NCBI GenBank assembly: GCA_017520425.1
Contig: JAFXFO010000033.1
Location: 7,257 to 71,256 of the forward strand
DNA length: 64,000 bases
Source of the DNA: Lachnospiraceae bacterium
GTDB lineage: Bacteria; Bacillota; Clostridia; Lachnospirales; Lachnospiraceae
Reading direction: 5' to 3'
Shown: positions 28,166 to 38,472 of the stretch, piece by piece
Layout of the letters: each line of letters begins with the position of its first letter
Numbering within the stretch: position 1 is the first letter of the stretch
Position numbers and translations under genes: made by a program
The notes under the pieces: generated by a model
What the model saw: the letters and a program-made list of their open reading frames with translations, nothing else
Databases searched by the model: none
Told to the model about the DNA's origin: nothing

Positions 28166-29812
28166 TTATAATTCGCTCATCAGCTTAGTCTTGTAAGAAG
28201 TAAACTCAGCTTCAGTTAACATACCTACCTTCTGAAGTTCAACCAGGTTGTTTGCTCTTACCTTGAATTCTTCTACAGAATGGCTGGATACAAATATCTC
28301 ATCAATACACTTCTGCTTCAATGCATCGTACTCTGCGTCTGTAATAAATCCAACCTGAGGAAGCATTCTGTACATAGCTACTCTGGTAGTATAATCTTCT
28401 ACCATATCTACTTCTGCCAATAATTTGCTGCGGCGTGTCACATACTCATCACCGGTCAGGCATTCGCCTTCTTTCAAAGCTCCCATTCTGTTGATAATAG
28501 CCTTCAACTCATCCGGAGTCTTCCAAGGCATATCTAACGAAGTAGAGATTAATTCATTCTGCATGCTCGCCAACTCAGTATCGGAGATATATTTCTCCTG
28601 TGCCAATACAGGCCACTTTTTCAGCTTGCTTACCAAAGATTCTCTGGAATCATTCTTGGTAACCTTGATTTCGTCAAGTAAATTTTTAACCTTCTCATCA
28701 AAACTACTTTCCTCAATCAACTTACAATCTTTCAAAACCGGAAGTCTCTGCAGCTTACGAACAAATACTTCTTTCTCATCATCCAGCTTAAACTCAACAT
28801 CCTCTACCAAAGATACCTTGCTCTTTTCGTATTCCTCAGCAGTAATTACTTCGCCAATCTGAAGGAAAGATAACTTCTGAACATTACGACGATACTCATA
28901 GATATCGCTCACATCCAAATCACAACATTCCTTGATAACATCAATTCGATTAGCTTCAAATTCCTTGTCAGAAAGTAATCCGCAATCCTTTAATGCAATC
29001 AGCTTCTGAATCTTATCGTTAAAATCCTTCAAATCACAGAATTCACTAACCAATTCCAAACGTTTTGAAATATATTCTTTTTCACCCAACAAGCCGCAGT
29101 CTTTTAATACTCCCAGCTTGTCCATTCTCTTCTGGAATTCCTCTTCGCTCAGCTCAGGTTTCTTTGCAACAGGCTCTTCCTTCACTACCGGTGCCGGTTC
29201 GGGTACCGGTACAGGTATAGGTTCCGGAGCAGGTGCAGGTGTCGGCTCAATAGGAGCAGGCTTTCCGGGTTCGGGATTTTCCACCGGCTTAGGCTGATTT
29301 GCAGGTCTGGGCTGTTCCTTCACCTCCTGAGGTATAGGTGCAGGTTGTCCTGACATAGGCTTATCGGCAGGCTTAGGCTGATTTGCGGGTCTGGGCTGTT
29401 CTACAGGCTTCGCCTGAGGTGCAGTATTACCAGATACTGCAGCAGCAATTTCCTCCGCCGTAGTTGCCTTAGGTCCCATCTTTAATTCCTTTAACAGATT
29501 TCTCACTTCGTTAATCTGCTTTAACTGGGGAAGGAATACCTTTATCTTCTTTGTACCATACAATCCCTTTTCCTGTGCTGTAAATGACAACGCAGAAAAT
29601 CCCATGTATTCTTCTTCCTTGATATCGGATATATCCTGGAGTGCAAACGCAAAGTCACCTGTATATCCGTTTCTTCCATCGGAATTACAAATTTCTGCTT
29701 TTCCGGATATCTTGGTGCTGTCAATTTTAATAAATAGGGCATCCTCTTTTTTAAACAGTCTGTTCCTTACGGAATTACCTGACCCACATGTATAAATACG
29801 TGCTTCTTCCAT
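28166..29812 (-). CDS. Hypothetical protein: beta-rich N-terminal domain, Pro-rich linker, eight SHOCT-like repeats
   Basis: SD GAGG; repeated L..L...G.(L/I)(T/S)..E(F/Y)...K..L unit eight times in the C-terminal ~330 aa. Confidence 0.85.
   Translation of the reverse strand: MEEARIYTCGSGNSVRNRLFKKEDALFIKIDSTKISGKAEICNSDGRNGYTGDFAFALQDISDIKEEEYMGFSALSFTAQEKGLYGTKKIKVFLPQLKQINEVRNLLKELKMGPKATTAEEIAAAVSGNTAPQAKPVEQPRPANQPKPADKPMSGQPAPIPQEVKEQPRPANQPKPVENPEPGKPAPIEPTPAPAPEPIPVPVPEPAPVVKEEPVAKKPELSEEEFQKRMDKLGVLKDCGLLGEKEYISKRLELVSEFCDLKDFNDKIQKLIALKDCGLLSDKEFEANRIDVIKECCDLDVSDIYEYRRNVQKLSFLQIGEVITAEEYEKSKVSLVEDVEFKLDDEKEVFVRKLQRLPVLKDCKLIEESSFDEKVKNLLDEIKVTKNDSRESLVSKLKKWPVLAQEKYISDTELASMQNELISTSLDMPWKTPDELKAIINRMGALKEGECLTGDEYVTRRSKLLAEVDMVEDYTTRVAMYRMLPQVGFITDAEYDALKQKCIDEIFVSSHSVEEFKVRANNLVELQKVGMLTEAEFTSYKTKLMSEL
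29286..29401 (-). repeat. 32-bp direct repeat (2 copies, 84 bp apart) encoding EQPRPANQPKP
   Basis: GGCTTAGGCTGATTTGC(A/G)GGTCTGGGCTGTTC at 29286-29317 and 29370-29401. Confidence 0.9.
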
Positions 29813-29967
29813 AAAGTTAGCCTCCTCTCAGTCTCAAGCACTACCCCTAATAATGCTTGATTCTTATCTTATTTTTTGTTATTTATTACATTTTGAAAAA
29901 CACAAAAACCACACATTCACTATTATCCCCACGATAATAATTGAATGCCGCTTTAAGTCTTAATGTA

Positions 29968-30042
29968 ATGATAGCAAATTTTTCCCCTTATTTCAAGAGA
30001 ATTATATAAGATAATGATAGCAATAACTTCCAAATATTTCAA
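29968..30042 (-). promoter_or_regulatory. Two tandem extended -10 sigma-A promoters for the SHOCT-dynamin unit
   Basis: TTGAAA-N17-TATCAT with TG at 29996-29968 and again at 30042-30014. Confidence 0.65.
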
Positions 30043-30277
30043 GGGTTTTTTGGCATGTTGCTACTTTATTTATTATATTTTTTCTTCAAATGTAACAATA
30101 TTAAAATGCTTTGATTTTCAAGATATTATATCTTCCCCAAACCACACATCAACATATTGTGTTGTGCCTTTTTTCGCCACAATAGATTGTGTTTTTCTGT
30201 TGTTTTGTGTCAAATTTATCAATTCATTTTCTATTGTTTATGAATTTGCTTTAATTATTTTTTCTCCGAAAATTTTG

Positions 30278-30862
30278 TCACGTCACTACATCCGACACCA
30301 CATCCGATACCGATACTATCTCCGGTCCTTCCGCAAAAATCTCCGCATTGTCCGCCACTTCCATAGGGTCTTCTGCCACTTCCTTATCCACTTTTTCCTC
30401 CCATAAGGAGTCATATTCTTCCTTTTCTTTCTCTTTTGCCATAGCACCTATGTTTTTTGCAGCCTGATAAAGCTCCATACTGTACTCCATAAGCTTCTTC
30501 TCGTCTGTAGGGGGCACAATACCGCCTTTCATCAGGCGCCTTGCCACCTCCATGATTTTACCCATGTCAATGGCATACTCTTCCATGGCCTCTCCCTGTT
30601 GCTTCGCCACTTCCATATTGGCCACAGCCGCCCACTGTTCAGTAACTTTCTCCATATAGGCCTGATATTCGCTCTGTTTCTCATCCACAGCCTGAATGGT
30701 AAGCTCCAACACCGCCGCTTCATTGGCATATACGTTTTTTCCGTCCGGAGTTGTGTTTATTTTTCGCTCCAGTTCTTTTTTCTGCTTCTGCAACGCAATT
30801 TGTTGTTCGTGATAGGACTTGATTTGCGTTCCGTAAGTTTGCCTTACTTCCTTGATTGTCAT
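30278..30862 (-). CDS. Hypothetical coiled-coil protein
   Basis: SD AAGGA; 194 aa, helical, VARRLMKGGIVPPTDEKKLMEYSMELYQAAK motif; no family recognised. Confidence 0.75.
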   Translation of the reverse strand: MTIKEVRQTYGTQIKSYHEQQIALQKQKKELERKINTTPDGKNVYANEAAVLELTIQAVDEKQSEYQAYMEKVTEQWAAVANMEVAKQQGEAMEEYAIDMGKIMEVARRLMKGGIVPPTDEKKLMEYSMELYQAAKNIGAMAKEKEKEEYDSLWEEKVDKEVAEDPMEVADNAEIFAEGPEIVSVSDVVSDVVT

Positions 30863-30916
30863 TTCTTCACATCCTTATGATCAAATATATACTTCCTTAT
30901 ATTTATTTATATCGTC

Positions 30917-30947
30917 AAAAAGTCCCGAAAACCTAAGCCTTCGGGAC
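30917..30947 (-). terminator. Intrinsic terminator of gdhA
   Basis: GTCCCGAA/TTCGGGAC stem plus U-tract. Confidence 0.75.
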
Positions 30948-30981
30948 CTTTGAAACTCTTTGTTTTATATACTTGTGTAAT

Positions 30982-32355
<1,374 letters not shown>

Positions 32356-32498
32356 TTACCCAAGCATCACATTGTATACAAGTATGCTTTCACTAAGGAA
32401 TATTATATTACGTCTGTTAAAAATACACAACAACTTTATCCCACTAAATCGCAAAAGTTTTTTTAAGTTTTTTATGCAAATTGCACAAGTACATATCT

Positions 32499-32930
32499 TT
32501 AAAGATATTTGGTAAACTGCCTGATATTCTTTTCCTCAAATTGCATTAACCTTTGTGCCAATCCCAATGCCTGTTCATCTGCCTGACTGTTATGGTTCAG
32601 CACCCTATTTAACTTAAGAACTCCCTCATTGCAGCCCTTAATCATCACCTCCGCAATACGGCTGGTGCTGGTGTTAAACAGTGTATTGTACTGAATACCG
32701 CCCGCCAACTTTAAGTTTTCCGCGTAGCTGCTTCGATAAGGGTCTGCCTTGGCTTCCAGCAGCTTATCATAAGCCTGATTACGTATTTGTGCATATTCCA
32801 AAGATTGCTTCGATATCTGCGTAGCCAGCTTCTCATCAAATACCTTATCCGATACCGCATCAATCGCCTTCATAGCAGCTTCCGTATTCCTCTGTATTTC
32901 TTTGTAAATATTCACTTCCTGTTTCAGCAT
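32499..32930 (-). CDS. Hypothetical helical protein (ferritin-like, possibly spore-associated)
   Basis: SD GGAGG; 143 aa four-helix pattern; function not recognisable with certainty. Confidence 0.7.
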   Translation of the reverse strand: MLKQEVNIYKEIQRNTEAAMKAIDAVSDKVFDEKLATQISKQSLEYAQIRNQAYDKLLEAKADPYRSSYAENLKLAGGIQYNTLFNTSTSRIAEVMIKGCNEGVLKLNRVLNHNSQADEQALGLAQRLMQFEEKNIRQFTKYL

Positions 32931-32991
32931 AATAACCTCCGTTCCGCCATTTCAATGCACCTTTTGCACCATGCTTTTCATCTTCAAACGC

Positions 32992-33020
32992 AAAAAGGAT
33001 GCTATTTCCATAGCATCCTT
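32992..33020 (-). terminator. Intrinsic terminator of the SH3 protein gene
   Basis: AAGGATGCTA/TAGCATCCTT stem with U-tract. Confidence 0.75.
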
Positions 33021-33050
33021 AGTATTTCTCGTTCTTTTTACTTTATGCGG

Positions 33051-34265
33051 TTATTGTACAAAATCTTCCTTTACATATCCCACCTGGCCATTATAGTTGA
33101 TCTTACACCAACCATTTTCACGCCCAAGCAAGTCTACCGCTTCCCCTCCGGCCAATACACCCAATCGATCTGCCGTTTCCGAAGCTGCTGTTCTTACATT
33201 CACATTGGAAGTAGCCGTTACAGTCCCTACTACAGGTTCCTTGGAAGCAGTATTCAACAATTGCAAATACTCAGACTTAATATAGCCTTCTGCTTTTCCG
33301 ATTTTAACCTTTGACCAACCGTTAACCTTCTGTTCCAGGACCTCAACCTTGGTACCTGCGGTCACTTTATCCACCTTATCAGCCTGTTCACTGTCAGAAG
33401 CACGCACATTAACTGTAGTCGTAGCTTTGGCATAAACCGGTTCTGTTGTTGCATCATTCTCAACAGGTACAGGTGTCACCTCCGGCACTTCTCCGTTCTC
33501 TTCTTCCGGCGTCTGAGTATCTTCCGGTTGCTCCTCCTTCATCTGATTTGCAATCGCTTCGCCGGTAGTTTTCTGTGCTTCCTTCAATACCTCCTGTATA
33601 TACAGGAACAATTCCTCATTCTTGGCTAAAGTATCCTTGCACTCTACTTCCACACGATTGTTCAATTCTATAACATCCTCTTGGGACGAAGCCTTATCTA
33701 TATACGCTTTCTCTTCATCGGACAATTCTGCATCATTCAGATAATAACTGCCATCTGCATTCTTGCATGCATAGTACAAATCCATACCTGAAACAGTATC
33801 CTCAAAACCGACAAACTTCATCTTATAATACACATATAAGAGGTATGAATCGGGTTTCGGACCCGGCTTACTATATACCACTTTATCCAAATAATCTTCC
33901 ACATATTCACTCTTTGCGCTGATAAAGAGTGCTTTCGTCTCATCCAAATGATTAATAATTTTTCTGACACTTTCAATATCGCCCTGTGCACATGCCGTAT
34001 AATATGCATCTATCATCGACACGATTGCGGGATCCGTATTTTCTGTCAGGGGTATCTGTACCATTTCTTCCTCTGTGGTCTCTGATACCGGTGTGCTTTC
34101 ACTCACCGCCGTACTGTTTTCCGCCACAGACGTTTTTTTTGCATCCTGTGCTCTCAATGCACATAATACCGTAATTGCTACTGCCAAGATAATAATGATC
34201 GGTAAAATCAACTTACTGTTCTCTAACAGGAAACGGCTGAACCGTTTCATCTTTTCTTTAAACAT
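33051..34265 (-). CDS. Membrane-anchored protein with two C-terminal SH3b domains
   Basis: Single N-terminal TM, acidic linker, TVNVRASDS..GYIKSEYL and NVNVRTAAS..GYVKEDFV units. Confidence 0.85.
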   Translation of the reverse strand: MFKEKMKRFSRFLLENSKLILPIIIILAVAITVLCALRAQDAKKTSVAENSTAVSESTPVSETTEEEMVQIPLTENTDPAIVSMIDAYYTACAQGDIESVRKIINHLDETKALFISAKSEYVEDYLDKVVYSKPGPKPDSYLLYVYYKMKFVGFEDTVSGMDLYYACKNADGSYYLNDAELSDEEKAYIDKASSQEDVIELNNRVEVECKDTLAKNEELFLYIQEVLKEAQKTTGEAIANQMKEEQPEDTQTPEEENGEVPEVTPVPVENDATTEPVYAKATTTVNVRASDSEQADKVDKVTAGTKVEVLEQKVNGWSKVKIGKAEGYIKSEYLQLLNTASKEPVVGTVTATSNVNVRTAASETADRLGVLAGGEAVDLLGRENGWCKINYNGQVGYVKEDFVQ

Positions 34266-34312
34266 AAGACAACCTTTCTAAAATCCATCCACTACAGCCG
34301 GGTGATGTAAAA

Positions 34313-34384
34313 TGCATCCGACAGGAATCGAACCTGCATTAAAGGCGTCGGAGGCCTTCGTTCTATCCATTAGACTACGGATGC
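34313..34384 (-). tRNA. tRNA-Arg (anticodon CCG)
   Basis: GCATCCG/CGGATGC acceptor stem, AAGGC-CTCCGAC-GCCTT anticodon arm, GGTTCGATTCC T-arm; CCA not encoded. Confidence 0.95.
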
Positions 34385-34486
34385 AATTATTACGAATTTG
34401 TTACATCACCTCGACCATAATATCATATTTCATCCATTATGTCTACATATTGTTTCGTTAATTTTTTCTAAACTGGCAGTGCCCCA

Positions 34487-35392
34487 TCAGCCGTAATTCT
34501 CATTATTTTTTTCTACCTTCAGCAATTTATCCTGTTCTGTATCATAGTAGTATAAATGATATGACAGCAGTTCTTCTTCCATCACATGATTCCTGTTTGC
34601 CTCCGAAATCATATCCAATAATACATCCGTATCATTCTCGTTCTGTCTTCTTAACAAAAGCACTTCATGAATGGAACTGGGCAACACAAAGAAATCACCT
34701 CCCAAAAGTTCAGCCGCCTCTTGCAGCATCCCGGGATACAATAATGCTATGGACCCGTGGCATTTTTGTTCATTTGACAATACATAGAGATTTGATGCCG
34801 TCGGTTCCGGCCACATATCCTTTAACAACTCTCCCAGGGACATAAGCATGGGCGGAAACATTCTCTTGGTATTTTCCACTGCCAGCTTCATCAATTCCTC
34901 ATGATTGGTTTTCCACATGTCCATATGGGAATTATGTATCAAAATCATACCTTCCCCGATTGTATCATGATGAAACGCATAATAGAAGCAAATTGCCCAA
35001 TCCAGAAATAATATATGCGGAATATCCTTCAATAATTCTTTATTCATTTCTGCGTTTATCAATCGATAGGCAATCCGCTCCTTTACCTTTTCAAAATCCA
35101 TAAAGAAATCCATGGAAATGTCTGTTTTTACAGCACCCTGATGATAGCTTTGCACCACGTGCTCAGCCAGTTCTTCCAGATCAGCACCTTTTTGGTACTC
35201 TTCATACAGGGAATTCACATACAAAGTAGGTGCTATATTACACCCTTCCCTGTGTAGTATCAGCCCCAAATATACCACATTATTATTCTTTCTGACTCTC
35301 TGGGATTTGATATGTACTCCATTTCCCAGTTTTTCACTAACCCTATGTTTCAATTCTTCTAAAAATTTATCTTCACTCATATTTTTCCTCAC
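34487..35392 (-). CDS. DUF5688-like protein
   Basis: V.KNNNV.Y.GL..IAPTLY N-terminus and FFVLPSSIHEVLL..LS...Y.YD C-terminus recalled for this family. Confidence 0.75.
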   Translation of the reverse strand: MRKNMSEDKFLEELKHRVSEKLGNGVHIKSQRVRKNNNVVYLGLILHREGCNIAPTLYVNSLYEEYQKGADLEELAEHVVQSYHQGAVKTDISMDFFMDFEKVKERIAYRLINAEMNKELLKDIPHILFLDWAICFYYAFHHDTIGEGMILIHNSHMDMWKTNHEELMKLAVENTKRMFPPMLMSLGELLKDMWPEPTASNLYVLSNEQKCHGSIALLYPGMLQEAAELLGGDFFVLPSSIHEVLLLRRQNENDTDVLLDMISEANRNHVMEEELLSYHLYYYDTEQDKLLKVEKNNENYG

Positions 35393-35422
35393 TTAATAAT
35401 AATTCTCTCAACCGTTTTACAA

Positions 35423-35516
35423 CAGAGACGAGATTTGCTTTGCCAATCTCGCTCTGATGAGCGGTCGGCAAATGTCCATTCGTGCAAGCACGATGGCCGC
35501 TTGCCTCGTCGCCATC
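35423..35516. repeat. Small REP-like nested-hairpin element
   Basis: Hairpin 35423-35456 (CAGAG.CGAGATT/AATCTCG.CTCTG) and nested hairpin 35456-35516 with CGTGCAAGCACG apex. Confidence 0.55.
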
Positions 35517-35518
35517 AC

Positions 35519-35550
35519 AAAAAAAGACAATGAACAGTGTTCATTGTCTT
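35519..35550 (-). terminator. Intrinsic terminator of efp
   Basis: AAGACAATGAAC/GTTCATTGTCTT stem with U-tract. Confidence 0.85.
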
Positions 35551-35573
35551 ACTTGGCATTCATACAATTGTAT

Positions 35574-36131
35574 TTATACTCTGGACAGATATTCGCCGGT
35601 TCTGGTATCAATCTTAATCTTGTTACCGATTTCAACGAACAAAGGAACAGATACAGTAGCACCGGTTTCAACAGTAGCAGGCTTAGATGCACCTGTAGCG
35701 GTATCACCCTTAAAGCCGGGCTCAGTCTCAGTAACCTCAAGTTCTACGAACAAAGGAGGTTCGATAGCAAATACATTGCCATTGTGTGAGCAAACCTTAC
35801 ACATATCATTTTCCTTTACAAACTTCAGTGCATCACCAACGGTTTCTTCGTTGAGTGCAATCTGGTCATAGCTTTCTACATCCATGAAGTGGAACAAATC
35901 ACCATCTGAATATAAATACTGCATATCTTTTCTATCAATACGCGCCTGCGGGAACTTCTCCTGAGGTCTGAAACTCTTTTCGATAACACCACCGTTAACG
36001 ATATTTTTCAGCTTAGTTCTAACGAATGCAGCTCCCTTTCCCGGTTTAACATGCTGGAATTCAATAATCTGATAAATACCATTGTCCATTTCAACGGTAA
36101 TACCATTTCTGAAATCGCCTGCAGAAATCAT
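35574..36131 (-). CDS. efp: Elongation factor P
   Basis: [15 protein letters not shown] and [10 protein letters not shown] motifs. Confidence 0.99.
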   Translation of the reverse strand: MISAGDFRNGITVEMDNGIYQIIEFQHVKPGKGAAFVRTKLKNIVNGGVIEKSFRPQEKFPQARIDRKDMQYLYSDGDLFHFMDVESYDQIALNEETVGDALKFVKENDMCKVCSHNGNVFAIEPPLFVELEVTETEPGFKGDTATGASKPATVETGATVSVPLFVEIGNKIKIDTRTGEYLSRV

Positions 36132-36226
36132 AGTATATTCCTCCTAAACATTTATCACGTTATAATTCTTTTCTAGTTTATACTAAATGTAATCATATTT
36201 CAACTGTTTTTTTCAAAAAACTGTGA

Positions 36227-36727
36227 TTATTTTCCTTTCTTCTTCCTATAAAAATACAGTACTATCCACTCCAGTCTTCTTTTTAGTACAATCTGTATTT
36301 CTTCCTTGGGATGAATGGGTTTCACCAAACAGGACAGAATCCCCGTTCTTTTCGCGCCCCACACATCCGTAAATAATTGATCTCCTACAAAAAGGGTGGT
36401 TTCTTTGACGGTCCCCATACGTTCCATAGCCATTTCATACCCTGCTCTGGAAGGCTTATTAGCCTTATAAATATAGTCCGAACCCACTGAATCCGCAAAC
36501 CCTTTTACCCTGGGCTCTTTATTATTGGACAAAAGCATGGTCTGATAACCCAATTCGCGTAAATCGGCAAAAAAGGAAACTGCCCTCTCATCCGCCGGCT
36601 CACCATGTGGTACCAAAGTATTGTCTACATCAAAAATAACTCCCCTGTATCCCTTTTCATACAACCCCTTAAAATCAATATCATAGGTAGAATTTTCATC
36701 CCAATCCGGATAAAAGCATGCAAACAT
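36227..36727 (-). CDS. yqeG: YqeG-family HAD IIIA phosphatase
   Basis: DVDNTLV, SNN, ANKP, VGDQLFTDVWGA; start refined to ATG 36727. Confidence 0.9.
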   Translation of the reverse strand: MFACFYPDWDENSTYDIDFKGLYEKGYRGVIFDVDNTLVPHGEPADERAVSFFADLRELGYQTMLLSNNKEPRVKGFADSVGSDYIYKANKPSRAGYEMAMERMGTVKETTLFVGDQLFTDVWGAKRTGILSCLVKPIHPKEEIQIVLKRRLEWIVLYFYRKKKGK

Positions 36728-36798
36728 ACGCCACCTCATACTTTCTGTTTCTCTATTCAGTAAATATGGCAGGACTCATGGTCCTGCCACCTTTCTTA

Positions 36799-37248
36799 CT
36801 ATTGCAACACTTTTTTCAGTTCGTCCATGAAGGTATTTACATCCTTAAACTCTCTGTACACGGAAGCAAAACGCACATAAGCTACCGCATCCAAATCTTT
36901 GAGTTTATTCATCAGCAATTCACCGATTACCTGACTGGCAATTTCCTTCTCTTCCATGTTGAAAATCTCATTTTCCACTTCATCAATCAATCCGGTAATG
37001 GCCTGTGCACTAACCGGTCTCTTATGGCAGGCTCTCAGCACACCTGCTTCAATCTTAGAACGGTCGTAAGCTTCACGGTTGTCATCCTTCTTAATGATAA
37101 TCAAAGGAATGGTCTCGATTTTCTCATAAGTAGTAAAACGCTTGCCGCATTCATCGCAAACACGACGGCGGCGAATGGAATTATTGTCCTCTGCCGGTCT
37201 GGAATCAATTACACGGGTATTTTCATGGTTACAAAACGGACATTTCAT
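36799..37248 (-). CDS. nrdR: Transcriptional repressor NrdR
   Basis: MKCPFC..RRRRVC..CGKRFTTYE zinc ribbon, ATP cone, AYVRFASVY. Confidence 0.99.
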   Translation of the reverse strand: MKCPFCNHENTRVIDSRPAEDNNSIRRRRVCDECGKRFTTYEKIETIPLIIIKKDDNREAYDRSKIEAGVLRACHKRPVSAQAITGLIDEVENEIFNMEEKEIASQVIGELLMNKLKDLDAVAYVRFASVYREFKDVNTFMDELKKVLQ

Positions 37249-37324
37249 ATGTGCTCCTATCTGTGTATCCGATACACTTTCAGTTTATTCCGGAACTTTC
37301 CTTCTATGCTTTATCATAATATAT

Positions 37325-37573
37325 TTAACAGTTTATGTCAACCAATATGATGTCCGGCCCGATTTGCCGGATATCCTTGAAATTAATCTCTATCTCCTTA
37401 TCCGCCTTAAACAGACAAAACCACTTTCCGTAATCGCTGACAATAATCTTGCAAATACATCCCTTGCATTCATCAAACTCAAAATCACATACCTTACCCA
37501 GGCATTTACAATCCCGGATATTAATCACCTCTTTATTCTTAAAGTCTGAAAACAACATACTCCCCACCCCCAT
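37325..37573 (-). CDS. YlmC/YmxH-family PRC-barrel sporulation protein
   Basis: KEVINI.D...LG.V.D and I..IGPDIILV pattern; start may be the second ATG (37558). Confidence 0.88.
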   Translation of the reverse strand: MGVGSMLFSDFKNKEVINIRDCKCLGKVCDFEFDECKGCICKIIVSDYGKWFCLFKADKEIEINFKDIRQIGPDIILVDINC

Positions 37574-37587
37574 AATCCCTTTCTAAT

Positions 37588-37625
37588 TATTATATGAATA
37601 ACTTCATAAAATGTGGACCATACTA
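37588..37625. promoter_or_regulatory. Overlapping divergent sporulation-type promoters: sigma-G-like for sigG (+), sigma-K-like for ylmC (-)
   Basis: Plus strand GAATA(37596-600)-N18-CATACTA(37619-25); minus strand AC(37614-13)-N16-CATATAATA(37596-88). Matches are to B. subtilis consensus. Confidence 0.5.
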
Positions 37626-37686
37626 ACCGTATACCTACCAAAGACAAGGCATCAAATACCACAAAACAAATGCAGGAGGCGTATAT

Positions 37687-38466
37687 ATGTCATTAGGTAA
37701 GGTTGAAATTTGCGGTGTCAACACCGCCAAGCTTCCCCTTCTGAAACAGGAGGAAAAGGAATATTTATTTACATTGATAGAGGGTGGTGACCGGATTGCC
37801 CGCGAAAAATACATCGAAGGGAATCTTAGACTGGTACTAAGCATTATCAAACGCTTTTCTTCCAGCAACGAAAATGTGGATGATTTGTTTCAGATAGGAT
37901 GTATCGGGTTGATAAAAGCCATCGATAATTTTGACTCCGGACTGAATGTGAAATTCTCCACCTATGCCGTACCCATGATTATCGGCGAAATCCGCAGATA
38001 CTTAAGGGACAACAATGCCATACGTGTCTCCCGTTCCCTAAAAGATACCGCATACAAAGCCATATATACCAGGGATATTCTGACCAAGCGCAATTCCAAG
38101 GAGCCCACCATCGAGGAAATTGCCACAGAAATCGGCATTCCCAAGGAAGATATCGTATATGCCATGGATGCGCTTCAAAACCCCATGAGCTTATTTGAGC
38201 CCATCTACACGGATGCCGGAGACACCTTGTATGTAATGGACCAAATCAGTGACAAAAAGAACAAAGAAGAAACCTGGGTGGAGCATTTATCCTTAAATGA
38301 AGCCATGAAGCATCTGGCTGCCAGAGAACGGGAAATCATTAACCTTCGTTTCTTTGAAGGTAAAACACAAATGGAAGTAGCTGACATGATCGGAATCTCT
38401 CAGGCTCAGGTGTCCCGTCTGGAAAAAAATGCATTAAAAATAATGCGCACCTACCTTTCGGCATAA
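37687..38466 (+). CDS. sigG: RNA polymerase sporulation sigma factor G
   Basis: KVEICGVNTAKLP N-terminus, DDLFQIGCIGL, STYAVPMIIGEIRRYLRDNN, QAQVSRLEK. Confidence 0.96.
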   Translation: MSLGKVEICGVNTAKLPLLKQEEKEYLFTLIEGGDRIAREKYIEGNLRLVLSIIKRFSSSNENVDDLFQIGCIGLIKAIDNFDSGLNVKFSTYAVPMIIGEIRRYLRDNNAIRVSRSLKDTAYKAIYTRDILTKRNSKEPTIEEIATEIGIPKEDIVYAMDALQNPMSLFEPIYTDAGDTLYVMDQISDKKNKEETWVEHLSLNEAMKHLAAREREIINLRFFEGKTQMEVADMIGISQAQVSRLEKNALKIMRTYLSA

Positions 38467-38472
38467 TGCGCA

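Noticed and set aside
30010-30028. Fur-box-like GATAATGATAGCAATAACT
   Set aside because: Only 13 of 19 positions match and the palindromic half is missing; better explained as the -10 of the duplicated promoter.
30014-30406. 130-aa + strand ORF in the AT-rich spacer
   Set aside because: No SD, Phe/Ile-rich composition typical of AT-rich non-coding DNA, overlaps both a promoter and the end of the minus-strand gene.
34266-34486. tRNA-Arg as an integration site
   Set aside because: No duplicated tRNA 3' end and no integrase in the window.
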